Assembly (NCBI GenBank): GCA_048940925.1
Contig: JBHLOC010000003.1
Coordinates: 128,001-192,000, forward strand
Direction: 5' to 3'
Source of the DNA: Promethearchaeota archaeon
GTDB taxonomy: Archaea; Asgardarchaeota; Lokiarchaeia; Sigyniarchaeales; SOKP01
Length of the DNA stretch: 64,000 bases
Position numbers and translations under genes: made by a program. The notes beneath the pieces were generated by a model. The model searched no databases, was not told the DNA's origin, and worked only from the letters and a program-made list of their open reading frames with translations. Below are positions 41,468 to 53,734 of this stretch, one piece after another (positions within the stretch are counted from its first letter, which is position 1; the number at the start of each line of letters is the position of its first letter).

Positions 41468-42343
41468 TTATTCAAGTTCTAGCAGTTTTTCCCAATATTC
41501 TTTAATACTCCAGATTTTATTGATTTTTATTTTAAAAGCAATTTTGCTAAGAATTTCTCTAATCATTTTTGATTGTAAATAGTGAAAATTAGGAGTAATT
41601 GCACAGATCATAAAAGTTTTAGTTTCATTATCAGAAACTCCTTTTTCAAACTTATCTACTAAGGCATAAACTTCTAGTAAATCTCGTACAACTCTTATTG
41701 TGAATTGATTAGTTTCCAAAACTTCATCAAACTTATAAATTTTGATTAAAGAAGAATACAATTGAGAAGTAAGTGCTTTAAGATTAAGCGATTGAATCTC
41801 GTTTATAGGGAAATAATTTTCTAACACTGGTCCAGTCTGATTATCCCAAACCAAATAAAATATATAAAAAAAATCAGCTCGAGAATGCCTTTTTAAAGAA
41901 GGTTCCTCAAATTTCAATATATCTTTTAATTCTTTTTCGATAAGCCTAGAGTCTTCAATTATTTTTTCATTATTTTTCACAGTTTTTTTTATTTTTTTCC
42001 TTAATTCTTTAGACTTAAATGGTTTGGTAATATAATCATCAGCTCCTAATAATTTTCCAAACCTTACATCATCTGGTTCAGTTTTGCCTGATAGAAAAAA
42101 GAATGGTATCATTGACCATTCTAAGTTTTCAGCCACTTTCATGTAGAAATCATACCCATCCATTTCTGGCATTAATATATCACTGATTATAAGATCTGGC
42201 AGTATTTCGAGATCAGAAAGAATTTCTAAACCTTCTTTCCCATTTGAAGCAGAGATTAAATTAAAATCATTCATTTCCAAATAGATTTTTAAGTTTCGGG
42301 CCAGAATTTTGTCATCTTCAACTATTAAAACAAAAGGCTCCAT
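41468..42343 (-). CDS. Response regulator receiver fused to longin/uDENN-like domain
   Basis: VEDD, PDLIISDILMPEMDG and ITKPF. C-terminal FYLVWDNQTGPVLENYFP. Confidence 0.8.
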   Translation of the reverse strand: MEPFVLIVEDDKILARNLKIYLEMNDFNLISASNGKEGLEILSDLEILPDLIISDILMPEMDGYDFYMKVAENLEWSMIPFFFLSGKTEPDDVRFGKLLGADDYITKPFKSKELRKKIKKTVKNNEKIIEDSRLIEKELKDILKFEEPSLKRHSRADFFYIFYLVWDNQTGPVLENYFPINEIQSLNLKALTSQLYSSLIKIYKFDEVLETNQFTIRVVRDLLEVYALVDKFEKGVSDNETKTFMICAITPNFHYLQSKMIREILSKIAFKIKINKIWSIKEYWEKLLELE

Positions 42344-42472
42344 AACAAATATCTCATTTAACTAGCATTATAATTCTATGACGCCTCTATAATAAAAGAA
42401 TCCATATTTAATATTTATGAAAAGGAAGATCTTTAAAAAACTCTGATTCTAATATGAATTATAAAAATTTAA

Positions 42473-43936
42473 TTAGGTATCAAAACATAAAACTCCCGGA
42501 TTTAATATATTATTAGGGTCAAAGATCTTTTTTACTTTTTTCAAAGCTATTTGGGTCGAATCTTGATGTCGTTTAAAGACTTCTTTTGCCCAAAGACCAT
42601 AGGGTCTATTAAAAAAAGCACCAGAATCCATCAATTTAATACTGGCTTCTAGGAATTTTTCCTTAGCATTCATAATATCTTGTTTGTCAAATGGATTATA
42701 GAAAATATCAAATTCACAGTGATATGATGTTCCTTGATTGATTGGTTGGATATATATTCCTAAATTAAGAGGGATTAATTTTTCCATAATTGAGATAAAT
42801 TCTGGTATTTTTTCAAAGTTAGATATAAAGAATATATCTTGATATCCTCCACTTAATCTTAACTTCCAAGGATTTATATCTGCTTGATTTAGAAAATTTA
42901 AAATAATGTCATTATTAAGGATATTATCTTTTTTCAAAATTGATATATTTTTTTCTTTCATTATATCCCTAATATCTTCTTCTAGATATGAGATTTTTTC
43001 TTTCGCAAATTTACCCCTTCCTGATAATACAAAAATTAAATTCCACTTAGGTAAACTATCAGCTAATTCTATGATATCACTCGAATCTTGCTTAACTAAG
43101 CAAGCTAAATTTAAATTATTTAAAATTAGTAATTCATCACATAAACGAAATTTTAGCAATTCAAATTGAAGGTTCAACAACTCTTGAATAGTATCTAAAT
43201 AGATATGATGTACTTCTTGAATAGAAGGAAGTAATTCTAATTTTAATGTAGCCCATGTTACAATCCCTATACTACCTTGTGCTCCTTGAATAACCCTAAA
43301 TGGACTAAATTGAGTGGGTCCCATAGGGTTTACCTGAGCTTGTCCTGCTCTTCTCTGTTGTTTTATACTACCTGGACCTGCTGCAGTTCCTGTTCTAAAT
43401 AATTCACCATTTCCAAAAATTACTTCTGTACATAACAATGGATCCGAACTATCCCACATATAACGGGGAATTATTACAGGTTCTCTTTCGAGTGCAGCAG
43501 TGAGTACAGATTTCGATGCTCTTGGATGTAAAGGGATCATTAATTTTAATCCCTTTTTCTGAAGATATGGAATTAAATCACCAAAAGTCACACCAGGTTC
43601 TACCATAATTACTCTGTTTTTTCTGTCTACGTTTCGAATTTTAGTTAATTTAGAAAGATTCAATATAATGCAATTATCATTTCGGGGAATTGTATCTCCA
43701 TGGTGCCGAGGACCAGATCTAGAACTTATAGGGATAACAGAAAAGTTTAAAGCATTAGCCAATTTCATAATATTTTCAATTTGGTAAACATTTTGTGGCC
43801 AGATGATATATTTAGGTGCTTTCTCAGGAAAAAAACTCAAATCCTTGGAAAAATTCTTTATAATCTGAGGATTATCTGAAAGATTTTTTGAACCACAGAT
43901 TTTAACTAGTTTTTGATAAATCTGCTCTTGATTCAT
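42473..43936 (-). CDS. FAD-binding oxidoreductase (VAO/GlcD/PCMH family)
   Basis: VEPGVTFGDL, EVIFGNGELFRTG, GAQGSIGIVT and FDPNNILNPG. Confidence 0.88.
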   Translation of the reverse strand: MNQEQIYQKLVKICGSKNLSDNPQIIKNFSKDLSFFPEKAPKYIIWPQNVYQIENIMKLANALNFSVIPISSRSGPRHHGDTIPRNDNCIILNLSKLTKIRNVDRKNRVIMVEPGVTFGDLIPYLQKKGLKLMIPLHPRASKSVLTAALEREPVIIPRYMWDSSDPLLCTEVIFGNGELFRTGTAAGPGSIKQQRRAGQAQVNPMGPTQFSPFRVIQGAQGSIGIVTWATLKLELLPSIQEVHHIYLDTIQELLNLQFELLKFRLCDELLILNNLNLACLVKQDSSDIIELADSLPKWNLIFVLSGRGKFAKEKISYLEEDIRDIMKEKNISILKKDNILNNDIILNFLNQADINPWKLRLSGGYQDIFFISNFEKIPEFISIMEKLIPLNLGIYIQPINQGTSYHCEFDIFYNPFDKQDIMNAKEKFLEASIKLMDSGAFFNRPYGLWAKEVFKRHQDSTQIALKKVKKIFDPNNILNPGVLCFDT

Positions 43937-44085
43937 GATTAATTTACTTTAATTATAACCTATTTCTTCATAAAATACAGCAAACTATTAAGATATTCTC
44001 ATAAAAAAAAACTAAATTTTATATAATTGATAAGTATTATTAAACAATTATATTTTTCAAAAAGTAATAAAAAAAGGAAATTCAC

Positions 44086-45489
44086 ATGAAAAAATATGAT
44101 TTAATTATAGTTGGAGCTGGACCTGGGGGTTCTGTTGCTGCTAAAACCGCTGCAGAACGAGGTCTAAAAACGATTTTTTTTGAACGTGGTAGGAAACCTG
44201 GTGAAAAAAATTCTTCTGGTTGCGGATTAGGACCAAGAATGTTCAGAGACTTTCCTGAGATGATGAATGAGCTAACTCCAGAAAAATGTCCATCAATGAG
44301 AGAGGGACGTGCAGCGAGGAATTATTTCATTAATAAAGATGATATAGTAGCGGGTTATATAATGACTCGCCCAACCGAATCTGTATCATATGAACCAGCA
44401 AAAAGATGGATTACTATGAACATATATCGCAGTGAATTCGATCCTTGGATTTCTGAATTTGCAACAGATGCAGGAGCGGAATTAAAAACATCAACTCTTA
44501 TTGTGGATTTAATAAAAAATGAGGGAAAAGTATGTGGTGTAATCGATGAAAAAGGAGAGAAATATAGTGCTCCCCTTGTTATTGGGGCAGATGGAGTCAT
44601 ATCAACTGTAGCACAAAAATCTGGATTGAGAAATAAATGGGCTCAAAATCAAGTTACATTAACACCCCAGTATGATTTTCATGCATCTTCGGATAAAATC
44701 GATGATATTATGGGTGATGAAGCTCTTGCTATATGGTGGGGCTCAACTTTTCCGGCATCCTATCAAGTTTTTTTTAATGATGGTTTTCATCAAGGTTTAG
44801 GCAACTGGATGAATTGGTGGGATAAAAATCCATTATATTATTTGAATAGGGTAGTGAATTTAAAGTATTACCAGAGGTTATTGAAAATTCTTGGAGCTAA
44901 GCCGCGAGAACTTCAAGTACATTTACTTCCTTGGTTAGATTATCCATATAATACTCATACCGATGGAGTAATATTGATTGGAGATGCTGGGGGTTTTCCA
45001 TGTCCTCTTGAGGCAGAAGGGATTTACCCTGCGATGATAACTGGAAAAATTGCTGCTGAAATAGCTGTCGAGAGTGTTACCTCGGGTGACGTTTCTAAAA
45101 TAGCATTAAAAAAGTTTGATGAAGAATGGCAAAAAACAAGTATAGGAGAAGAGTTTGAAGCAGGGAAAGAGTTATGGACAATTTGGGAAGCCTTACCATT
45201 CAAACCTAAAGAAACTATGTCGTGGTTTATTCCAATGATTATGGAAATTCTTGGTGGTATTTTTGATTGGTCCCAACCCCATACAAAACGTGTACGACAA
45301 ATTGTGAGTCAAGTTAAATCGTATATGCCAAAAGCAACACCATTTATAATGACTTATGTGCTTCCTCTAGTTGCTAAGATTTTTGAAGATGATTTAGATA
45401 AAATATTAGATCCAAAGAAGATCATGAGAGTTTTACCTAAACTTATAGATATGCTACCACAGAAGAAAAAGAAAAGAGGTGGTAAATAA
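44086..45489 (+). CDS. FixC/geranylgeranyl reductase family FAD oxidoreductase
   Basis: YDLIIVGAGPGG, GEKN, R.EFD.W, GADG and IGDAGG...EGI..AM. Confidence 0.88.
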   Translation: MKKYDLIIVGAGPGGSVAAKTAAERGLKTIFFERGRKPGEKNSSGCGLGPRMFRDFPEMMNELTPEKCPSMREGRAARNYFINKDDIVAGYIMTRPTESVSYEPAKRWITMNIYRSEFDPWISEFATDAGAELKTSTLIVDLIKNEGKVCGVIDEKGEKYSAPLVIGADGVISTVAQKSGLRNKWAQNQVTLTPQYDFHASSDKIDDIMGDEALAIWWGSTFPASYQVFFNDGFHQGLGNWMNWWDKNPLYYLNRVVNLKYYQRLLKILGAKPRELQVHLLPWLDYPYNTHTDGVILIGDAGGFPCPLEAEGIYPAMITGKIAAEIAVESVTSGDVSKIALKKFDEEWQKTSIGEEFEAGKELWTIWEALPFKPKETMSWFIPMIMEILGGIFDWSQPHTKRVRQIVSQVKSYMPKATPFIMTYVLPLVAKIFEDDLDKILDPKKIMRVLPKLIDMLPQKKKKRGGK

Positions 45490-45491
45490 AA

Positions 45492-45761
45492 ATGAATTTT
45501 GAATTAGATGGATTAACTAAAAGAATATTCGGTACAGGAGATTTTATTTCAATAGATTATAATAAATGTAATAATTGTGAGCGTTGTTTAATTATATGCG
45601 TAATGAATTTATGGAGAAAAAAAGATGGTATAATTCATATTGTTGACGATTACCAATCAAAGTGTTTAGAATGTGCAGCTTGTTATCAAGTTTGTGATAG
45701 TGGGGCAATTCAATTTCAATATCCTGCAGGAGGAACAGGGATAGTAATTGAAAAAGGTTAA
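45492..45761 (+). CDS. FixX-like 4Fe-4S ferredoxin
   Basis: CNNCERC...C, CLECAACYQVC and FQYPAGGTG; adjacent to the FixC-like gene. Confidence 0.88.
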   Translation: MNFELDGLTKRIFGTGDFISIDYNKCNNCERCLIICVMNLWRKKDGIIHIVDDYQSKCLECAACYQVCDSGAIQFQYPAGGTGIVIEKG

Positions 45762-45929
45762 AATCCCATTCAAATTCATTTTTTATCTCTTAAACTTATT
45801 AAGGAATAAGCAGAAATGAGAAGTGCTAAAAATCATATTAATGTTATGTTTTTTACATATAATCAAAGGATACAGTATAATTATTAAAGAGTAAAATGAA
45901 GAATGAAGTAACACATCCAGAAAAAGGAA

Positions 45930-46493
45930 ATGAGCAATTTATCTAGATACCTATTTAGCCTTTCTATATTGGCTAGTAAAGATGTTGGTAAAAAAATGTT
46001 AAGAAGATTTTTACCTAATACATCCCAACGGAGGACTGCTCATACTATTGGAGTTGAATTCTTCATTAAAGATATAGAAATTGCTGGTAAAAGTATAAGA
46101 CTTACAATTCACTTATATTTCTATGAAGAGGAAGATTTACCTGATATAAAACATTCTCTAATAAGGAGTGCTGCTAACAATCAAGGAGTGTTATTATTGT
46201 ACGATATCACCAACTTAAAATCGTTGACCATATTGTCTGAATGGTATAAATTGCTGAAAAAAAACGTAGAACGGGATATTCCTTTTTTCTTGGTAGGGAA
46301 CAAAAAAGACTTAGAAGAACATCGAGAAGTATCTAAAGAGCACATAGAGAAATTTAAAGAAAAATGTGATATAACTACATCTATGGAGATCTCTCTTAAA
46401 ACGGGAGAAAATGTGGAAGAAATGTTTGTAGGAATAACAAGACTAATAATTACAATCCTTCATCCAGATTTAATACAAGAACTAAATGAATGA
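45930..46493 (+). CDS. Degenerate Rab-like small GTPase
   Basis: TIGVEF, LYDIT, VGNKKDL and EISLKTGENV. G1 and G3 eroded. Confidence 0.8.
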   Translation: MSNLSRYLFSLSILASKDVGKKMLRRFLPNTSQRRTAHTIGVEFFIKDIEIAGKSIRLTIHLYFYEEEDLPDIKHSLIRSAANNQGVLLLYDITNLKSLTILSEWYKLLKKNVERDIPFFLVGNKKDLEEHREVSKEHIEKFKEKCDITTSMEISLKTGENVEEMFVGITRLIITILHPDLIQELNE

Positions 46494-46661
46494 AATTATA
46501 CATAGAAATTGTAAGGTGTTGTTATTAATTCATTTTTATGTAAAGTCTTAGGAAAAATTCGATTGTTTTATAATGATGAAGTTCTTACTTTAAAATAAAG
46601 ACAAAAGTAATATTAAAATTGACTAGAACTATTCTCCACTTCATAGGTACAGTGATTTCTA

Positions 46662-47012
46662 ATGTTAGAAGAAAATAATAAAGATAAAGAAGAGAAGTAT
46701 TATTCTGGAAGAACCAATTTAGAAAAGATAGATCAAATCTTAAGTGATACTTCTTTAACAGCAGAAGAAAGAAAAAATCTCTTAGAGAAACACTTTTCTA
46801 TGCTTGAGAAAGAAAGACCATCTGTTGGTTTCGATTTTCTTAAAAAACAACTCATGGAACGCAACTACATGAGATCTAAACAGATGGAGGATGATCAAAC
46901 GACCAGAGCAATATTATATCTTACTTCACATATACGAAAATCACAATTTAACCATCTACTACCTACTAATACATTAATTTTTATTTATAGTTCAATTGTA
47001 AATAAAATTTAA
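46662..47012 (+). CDS. Hypothetical protein
   Basis: 116-aa ORF; no recognisable motif. Confidence 0.5.
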   Translation: MLEENNKDKEEKYYSGRTNLEKIDQILSDTSLTAEERKNLLEKHFSMLEKERPSVGFDFLKKQLMERNYMRSKQMEDDQTTRAILYLTSHIRKSQFNHLLPTNTLIFIYSSIVNKI

Positions 47013-47076
47013 GAATTTTATTCAACTAGAAGTGAAAAATAGTTTATATTGCTTCTTGGGTTTTCTTTATTATGAT

Positions 47077-47958
47077 TTAGATGATTACATTTAACTTAGT
47101 TTTTAACTCTTTATATCTAGACCTTAAGGTTACCTCAGTAACTCCTACAACATCTGAAATCTGTTCTTGAGTATAGCCACTATTTTTAATCTTACAGGCG
47201 AGATAAATTGCTCCAGCACATATTCCTTTTGGATCCTTTCCACTTATAGAATATTTTAAACTATAACTTTTTAAGATATTTACTGTTAATGTTTCTATTT
47301 CAGAATCCAATCCCAATTCCGTAATATAACGTGGAACTAAAGAAATTGGATTAGTAGATGTAGTTTTTAAGTTAAATTCTCTTACCAATACACTTAAGCT
47401 TCTTCTTATATCCTTTGCGTCAACAGAAGCTTCATCTAAAATTTCTTGAAGTGTTCTAGGAAATTTCTCCCTTCTACAAGCTAAATATAAACATGCCGCA
47501 ACCATAGCATTTATAGATCTACCTCGTAATAATTTCCTCTTAAATGCTTCAATATAAAGCCGCATCGCATCTTCCTTGATATGATTTGGTAAATTCATAT
47601 TGCTAGCAATTCTTTTTAATTCAGTAGAAGCAATTAATAAATTCCTTTTTTGCCAAGTTATTCTAGTATTCCATTTAGCTGCTCTTTTTAAATCAGGATT
47701 ACTAATTTTTTTCTTGTCTATCACTGTACTTAAACCCATGTCGGGTAATAAAATTGAAATTGGGGATCCTGTTTGCTCCCTTTTGGTTCTCTCCTGATTT
47801 GTATATGCCCTTTTTCCACTATGAGAAGTATCAACAATTCGATCATTAATAATTAATCCACATTGACCACAAACTGTCTCCCCTTTTTCCTCTATGAAAA
47901 GGATTGATCCTCCACATTCTGGACAAAAATTTTTATATTTAATTATATCTGAAATCAT
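47077..47958 (-). CDS. tfb: Transcription initiation factor IIB
   Basis: CPECG...CGQCG Zn ribbon, LRGRS, GKDPKG..A.AIY and GVTEVTLRSRYKEL. Confidence 0.95.
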   Translation of the reverse strand: MISDIIKYKNFCPECGGSILFIEEKGETVCGQCGLIINDRIVDTSHSGKRAYTNQERTKREQTGSPISILLPDMGLSTVIDKKKISNPDLKRAAKWNTRITWQKRNLLIASTELKRIASNMNLPNHIKEDAMRLYIEAFKRKLLRGRSINAMVAACLYLACRREKFPRTLQEILDEASVDAKDIRRSLSVLVREFNLKTTSTNPISLVPRYITELGLDSEIETLTVNILKSYSLKYSISGKDPKGICAGAIYLACKIKNSGYTQEQISDVVGVTEVTLRSRYKELKTKLNVII

Positions 47959-48021
47959 AATCTTTATTCTAATTTATGAATACTGTTAATTTTGAATTTA
48001 ATTTTAAAAAATGTGTGTTTT

Positions 48022-50649
48022 TTAATTTGATCCTAATTTCACCTCATTAAGGGTTCCAATTTTTATAAAGCTTAAATCTCCTTTTTTGTTTGTATCGACT
48101 TCAATAAGATCGTCTGGATTGAATTCACCTTCTAACATCTTTAAAGATAGTGGATTTTGAATATAAGACTGAATTGCTCGTTTTAATGGTCTTGCTCCAT
48201 AATCGGGATCAAAACCCTTATCGCTAAGATATTCTTTAGCTCGTTCTGTAAGTTTTATTTTAATTTTATGTTCTAATAAGGTTTTATTTAAATTTCGAAT
48301 TTGAATATCAACAATATCTTTAATTTGGTCTTTTTCCAAAAAATTATAGATTATTATCTCGTCAACTCGATTTAGAAATTCAGGTCTGAAAAAGTTACTT
48401 AAAGTTTTTAAAATTAATTCTTTATTCTCAATTTCATCCTTTCCCCTATTTTCTAATATATATTTACTACCTACATTACTTGTCATTATTATAATCGTAT
48501 TCTTGAAATCTACAGTCCTACCATGACCATCAGTTAAACGTCCATCATCCATAATTTGTAATAAAATATTGAAAACTTCTGGATGTGCTTTTTCAATTTC
48601 ATCGAAAAGAATTACTGAATATGGTCTTCTTCTCACCGCCTCTGTAAGGTAACCTCCTTCATCATAACCAATGTATCCAGGAGGGGCTCCAATTAATCTA
48701 GCAACACTATGTCGTTCCATAAATTCAGACATATCAATTCTTACCATTGCATTTTCATTATCAAAAAGAAATTCTGCTAAAGCTTTTGCTGTTTCCGTTT
48801 TTCCTACTCCTGTTGGTCCCATAAAAATAAATGAACCAATAGGTTGGTTTGGATCTTGAATTCCAGCTCTTGCCCTTCTAATTGCATTTGATATAGTGGT
48901 AAGAGCTTCATTTTGACCAATAACCCTTCTTTTTAACCGTTCTTCCATTTTTAATAATTTCTGTCTTTCACCTTCTAACATTCTTGACACAGGAATACCT
49001 GTCCATTGGGAAACGATGTTTGCTATATCTTTATCATCAACTTCTTGCTTTAGCATAGTCTTATTTTTTTGGATGTCTTGTAATTCAGCATTATAGTTTT
49101 CTAATTTTTTTCTCAGTTCATTAAGCACACCATATGTTAATTCCGCAGCTTTTCCCAGTTCTCCACTTTTCTCAGCTTTCTCAGCTTTGATTTTGGTGTC
49201 TTCCATGTTTTTTTTAGTCTCATTAATTTTTGATATTATATTTTTTTCATTATTCCATTGAAGCTTCAATTTATCACTTTCTTCCCTTAGGTTTTGCAGG
49301 TCCTCATCAATTTTTTTCATTTGCTCTTTACTCGATTTATCATCTTCCTTTTTGAGGGCTTCTTTTTGTATCTCTAATTGTATAATTTTCCTCTCAAGTT
49401 CATCAATTTCAGTAGGCATACTGTCTATTTCTATCCTTAACCTTGAAGCTGCCTCATCCATTAAATCAATAGCCTTATCAGGTAAGAAACGATCTGAAAT
49501 ATATCTATGAGATAAAGTAACAGCCGCAATAATCGCTGAATCAGTGATGCGTATGCCGTGATAAATTTCATATTTTTCTTTTAAGCCTCTCAAAATTGCT
49601 ATAGAATCCTCGACCGAAGGTTCATCAATAAAGACTGTTTGAAATCGTCTAGTTAACGCTGCATCTTTCTCTATATATTTTCTATATTCATCTAAAGTGG
49701 TTGCTCCTACAGCTCTTAATTCACCTCTTGCCAAAGCAGGCTTTAACATATTAGAAGCATCTATAGCTCCTTGGGCTGCTCCAGCCCCAACTAATGTGTG
49801 TAATTCATCAATAAATAATATATATTTTCCTGAACCTTTTTCAACCTCTTTTAAAAAAGCTTTAAGTCGATCCTCAAATTCACCACGATATTTAGCTCCT
49901 GCTACCATGGCGGCTAAATCCATAGCTAAGATATCTTTATTCTTTAAAGATTCTGGTACATCACCACTAGCTATTCTTTGGGCAAGGCCTTCTACTATAG
50001 CTGTTTTTCCGACTCCTGCTTCCCCTATTAAGACAGGATTATTTTTTGTTCTTCTTGAAAGAATATGCATTACTCTCCTAATTTCATCATCTCTCCCAAT
50101 TACAGGATCTAATTTCCCTCTTCTAGCTAAATCCGTCAAATTACGACTATATTTCTCTATAGCTTGATACTTTCCTTCTGGATCTTGATCTATGACAGTT
50201 TGAGAACCCCTTATTGCCGTTAGTGCTTGTAAAACTCTCTCCTTAGTTATTCCATGTTTATTAAGTATAGGATATATTGATAATGAACTTTTAGAACTCA
50301 TAGCTAAAAGTAAATGTTCAGTACTTAAGTACTGATCTCTTAACATTTCAGCTTCTTTCCAAGCAACGTCAAATAATGTACTTGATTCACGCGATAAAAC
50401 TACATCGGTAGCTCCTGAGCCAGTTACTTTTGGAATTCTTCCAATCTCATTATAACAATCGCTAAGTAGTTGCTTTATATTTATTCCTAATTTTTGTAAT
50501 AATGGTGTGGTTATTCCCTCTTGTTGATCTATTAACGCAATAAGTAAATGGATAGGCTCTATCTGTTGATGATCTCTTTCTTGAGCTAGAGATCTAGCAG
50601 CCATTAATGCTTCTTGGACTTTAATTGTAAATTTATCAAATTTCATCAT
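48022..50649 (-). CDS. clpB: Chaperone ClpB
   Basis: [22 protein letters not shown]-domain coiled coil, GPTGVGKT and GARPL. Confidence 0.96.
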   Translation of the reverse strand: MMKFDKFTIKVQEALMAARSLAQERDHQQIEPIHLLIALIDQQEGITTPLLQKLGINIKQLLSDCYNEIGRIPKVTGSGATDVVLSRESSTLFDVAWKEAEMLRDQYLSTEHLLLAMSSKSSLSIYPILNKHGITKERVLQALTAIRGSQTVIDQDPEGKYQAIEKYSRNLTDLARRGKLDPVIGRDDEIRRVMHILSRRTKNNPVLIGEAGVGKTAIVEGLAQRIASGDVPESLKNKDILAMDLAAMVAGAKYRGEFEDRLKAFLKEVEKGSGKYILFIDELHTLVGAGAAQGAIDASNMLKPALARGELRAVGATTLDEYRKYIEKDAALTRRFQTVFIDEPSVEDSIAILRGLKEKYEIYHGIRITDSAIIAAVTLSHRYISDRFLPDKAIDLMDEAASRLRIEIDSMPTEIDELERKIIQLEIQKEALKKEDDKSSKEQMKKIDEDLQNLREESDKLKLQWNNEKNIISKINETKKNMEDTKIKAEKAEKSGELGKAAELTYGVLNELRKKLENYNAELQDIQKNKTMLKQEVDDKDIANIVSQWTGIPVSRMLEGERQKLLKMEERLKRRVIGQNEALTTISNAIRRARAGIQDPNQPIGSFIFMGPTGVGKTETAKALAEFLFDNENAMVRIDMSEFMERHSVARLIGAPPGYIGYDEGGYLTEAVRRRPYSVILFDEIEKAHPEVFNILLQIMDDGRLTDGHGRTVDFKNTIIIMTSNVGSKYILENRGKDEIENKELILKTLSNFFRPEFLNRVDEIIIYNFLEKDQIKDIVDIQIRNLNKTLLEHKIKIKLTERAKEYLSDKGFDPDYGARPLKRAIQSYIQNPLSLKMLEGEFNPDDLIEVDTNKKGDLSFIKIGTLNEVKLGSN

Positions 50650-50664
50650 AATTTAAAAATCTCC

Positions 50665-51699
50665 CTATAATCCTGTCTGTTTTAATTTTTGTATTAATTG
50701 TTTTTGAGTTTTATTCAATTTTTTTGGGATTTTTATAATTATTTTAATTAACTCATTTCCCCTTTCATCAGAACCTGTTTTATGAAATCCTTGATTTTTT
50801 AATCTAAGAATTGAGCCATCTGAAGTTCCGGGAGGTACTGAAACGTTTAATTTTTTTTCTATTCCTGGAACTTGTATTTTTCCACCTAACACTGCGGTAG
50901 TAAATGGTATTTCTTGTTCAACATAGATATCATCCTCATCTAATTTAAAAGTAGGATGAGGTCTTACATTTACATTAATATACAAATCTCCAGGAATTCC
51001 CCCATTGATACCTGGCATACCCTTACCTTTAAGGCGTAATTTTTGTTGATCCTTTATTCCTTTCGGAATTTTAACCGTTAGTGTAGATGTTTCACCCGTT
51101 TGAGGATCTCTATATGATATTCTTTTTTCTCCTCCATAAAATGCTTCCATAAAATCAATCTCCATATCATATCGTAAATCATCTCCTTCAATAGGTCTAT
51201 TCCCAAAGCCACTTGAGCTTACTCGAGAACTTCTTCCTTTGCTTGAAAATACATCAAAAATATCCCCTAAATCATTGAAAAAATCAAACCCACTGAACCC
51301 ACTTGATCTCCTACCACTACTAGAGCCTCTAATGTTACTAAAAATATCATTAAAATCAAATCCTCCTGGGGAACCTGAAGTTGAATAATAATAGGTTGTA
51401 CCATCAGGTGATCTATATATTCTATTTCCTCTAGGACTGCCAGTGGTATATTGATAACTAGAGGGATCACCTTCTACAACTCCAAATTTATCATACATCT
51501 CTCTTTTTTTATCATCATTTAATATACGATAAGCTTCATTAATTTCTTTGAACTTTTCTCCAGATTTATGCTCATTGGGATTAACATCTGGGTGATACTT
51601 ACGAGCCATCTTTCGAAATGCTCTTTTAATTTCATCCTTTGAAGCATTTTTATCTATTCCTAATATATTATAGTAATCTTTTACCATACAGTTAATCAC
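50665..51699 (-). CDS. dnaJ: DnaJ, class B (no zinc finger)
   Basis: J domain with HPD, G/F region and C-terminal domain. No CxxCxGxG. Confidence 0.9.
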   Translation of the reverse strand: MINCMVKDYYNILGIDKNASKDEIKRAFRKMARKYHPDVNPNEHKSGEKFKEINEAYRILNDDKKREMYDKFGVVEGDPSSYQYTTGSPRGNRIYRSPDGTTYYYSTSGSPGGFDFNDIFSNIRGSSSGRRSSGFSGFDFFNDLGDIFDVFSSKGRSSRVSSSGFGNRPIEGDDLRYDMEIDFMEAFYGGEKRISYRDPQTGETSTLTVKIPKGIKDQQKLRLKGKGMPGINGGIPGDLYINVNVRPHPTFKLDEDDIYVEQEIPFTTAVLGGKIQVPGIEKKLNVSVPPGTSDGSILRLKNQGFHKTGSDERGNELIKIIIKIPKKLNKTQKQLIQKLKQTGL

Positions 51700-51779
51700 T
51701 ATCTAATAATTATAAATAATAATTTGATAATCGTGAATTTTTAAAAAAAATAAAAAAATTAATAAAAAAAATATTTTAT

Positions 51780-53687
51780 TTATTCATAATCCGCATCTAC
51801 TACATTATCATCTTGACCTGTTGCTCTCCTGAATTGTTCTTCCTCAATTTCGTCTTGAGTTTTTCCTTGATATTTTGCACCTGGAGGGACATCACCCATT
51901 CCCCCAGGTGGCGTCCCTTGATAAGTGCCTTGAGTAGGTCCTTGTTGTTGTCCATAAATTTTAGCTGAAACCTGATGTAATGCATTTTGTAATTTCTCTG
52001 TGGCAGTCTTTATTCTACTTATATCATCAGATTCCATAGCACTTCTTAAATCAGATATCTTTTCTAATATTCCAGATTTTAAATCGCCAATAATAGTCTC
52101 ATTGTCTTTCAATAATTTCTCAGTTTGATAAATCAATGCTTCAGCATGATTTTTAGCCTCTGTTAATTCCTTAAATTTCTTATCTTCTTCAGCATGTTTC
52201 TCAGCTTCCCGAATTTTTTGTTCAATTTCATCCTCAGACATTTTTTTAGACGCAGTGATTGTTATTGATTGGCTTCGTCCAGTTCCTTTATCGACTGCCG
52301 ACACATTCAAAATTCCGTTTTGATCGATATCGAATTTCACTTCGATCTGAGGGACTCCCCTAGGTGCTGGTGGAATACCTGTTAAATTGAACTTACCTAA
52401 TGTAATATTGTCAGCTGCTCTCGGTCTTTCACCTTGTAATACATGAATCTCTACTGCGGGCTGATTATCTGCTGCTGTACTGAAGATCTGCTTCTTTTCA
52501 GTTGGGATAGTAGTATTTCTTTCAATCAGTTTAGTAAAAACTCCACCCAAAGTTTCAACTCCTAAAGATAACGGAGTAACGTCGAGTAATAATAAATCTT
52601 CAACTTCACCAGTTAATACACCTCCTTGAATTGCAGCACCCATAGCAACACACTCCATTGGATCGATACTACGTTCCGGAGTTTTCCCAAGTAAATCTTC
52701 AAATTTCTTCTGAATTATTGGCATTCTAGTGGGTCCTCCAACTAAGATGATTTTATCTACTGCACCTCTTGCTATACCCGCATCTTGTAAAGCCTTCAAA
52801 ATTGGACCATCTAATCTTTTTAAAACTGGATCGATTAATTGTTCTAATTTAGCTCTTGTGAGTGTCGTATTGAAATGTTTTGGACCAGAATTAGTCGCAG
52901 TAATATACGGTAAATTGATATCCGTCGAAATTGAGGTGGACAGTTCTATTTTTGCTTTTTCAGCAGCTTCTTTAATTCTTTGCATTGCCATTGAATCTTT
53001 GGTTAAATCAACTCCTTCTTGTTTTTTAAATTCTTCAACTAAATACTCAACAAGAATCCTATCCATATCAGTTCCACCTAATTGTGTATCTCCTGCCGTA
53101 GAAATTACCTCAAAAACACCTTGCTCCATTTCCATTATGGTGACATCAAAGGTACCACCACCAAGATCTAATACCGCAATTTTTAATCGTACATCTTTCT
53201 TATCCAACCCATAAGCTACAGCTGCGGCAGTGGGTTCGTTAATTAAACGTTTTACATCTAATCCTGCGATCCTTCCCGCATCTTTTGTAGCTTGTCTTTG
53301 GTTATCATTAAAGTATGCAGGTACTGTAATTATAGCTTCAGTTACCTCCTCTCCAAGATAAGCACTTGCATCTTCTTTTATTTTCCTTAAAATCATTGCT
53401 GAAATCTCCTGTGGTGTATATTCCTTACCATCAATTTTTACGGTGTATGAAGTGCCCATCTTCCTCTTTATTGCTGTAATTGTACGATCTGGATTTGAAA
53501 TTGCTTGTCTTCTTGCTGGTTCTCCAATAAGTCTTTGTCCATCCTTTGTAAAGGCTACTACCGAAGGAAATGCTTTTCCTCCTAAAGTTAAGCCTTCAGC
53601 ACTTGGAATTATTGTAGGTTTTCCACCACTCAATACAGCGGCTGCTGAATTCGAAGTTCCAAGGTCAATTCCTATTATTTTTCCCAT
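51780..53687 (-). CDS. dnaK: Chaperone DnaK (Hsp70)
   Basis: [25 protein letters not shown] and [11 protein letters not shown]. Confidence 0.97.
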   Translation of the reverse strand: MGKIIGIDLGTSNSAAAVLSGGKPTIIPSAEGLTLGGKAFPSVVAFTKDGQRLIGEPARRQAISNPDRTITAIKRKMGTSYTVKIDGKEYTPQEISAMILRKIKEDASAYLGEEVTEAIITVPAYFNDNQRQATKDAGRIAGLDVKRLINEPTAAAVAYGLDKKDVRLKIAVLDLGGGTFDVTIMEMEQGVFEVISTAGDTQLGGTDMDRILVEYLVEEFKKQEGVDLTKDSMAMQRIKEAAEKAKIELSTSISTDINLPYITATNSGPKHFNTTLTRAKLEQLIDPVLKRLDGPILKALQDAGIARGAVDKIILVGGPTRMPIIQKKFEDLLGKTPERSIDPMECVAMGAAIQGGVLTGEVEDLLLLDVTPLSLGVETLGGVFTKLIERNTTIPTEKKQIFSTAADNQPAVEIHVLQGERPRAADNITLGKFNLTGIPPAPRGVPQIEVKFDIDQNGILNVSAVDKGTGRSQSITITASKKMSEDEIEQKIREAEKHAEEDKKFKELTEAKNHAEALIYQTEKLLKDNETIIGDLKSGILEKISDLRSAMESDDISRIKTATEKLQNALHQVSAKIYGQQQGPTQGTYQGTPPGGMGDVPPGAKYQGKTQDEIEEEQFRRATGQDDNVVDADYE

Positions 53688-53734
53688 TTAATTTCACTCC
53701 TTTTTTTTTAAATTTTTATATTAATTTTATTATT

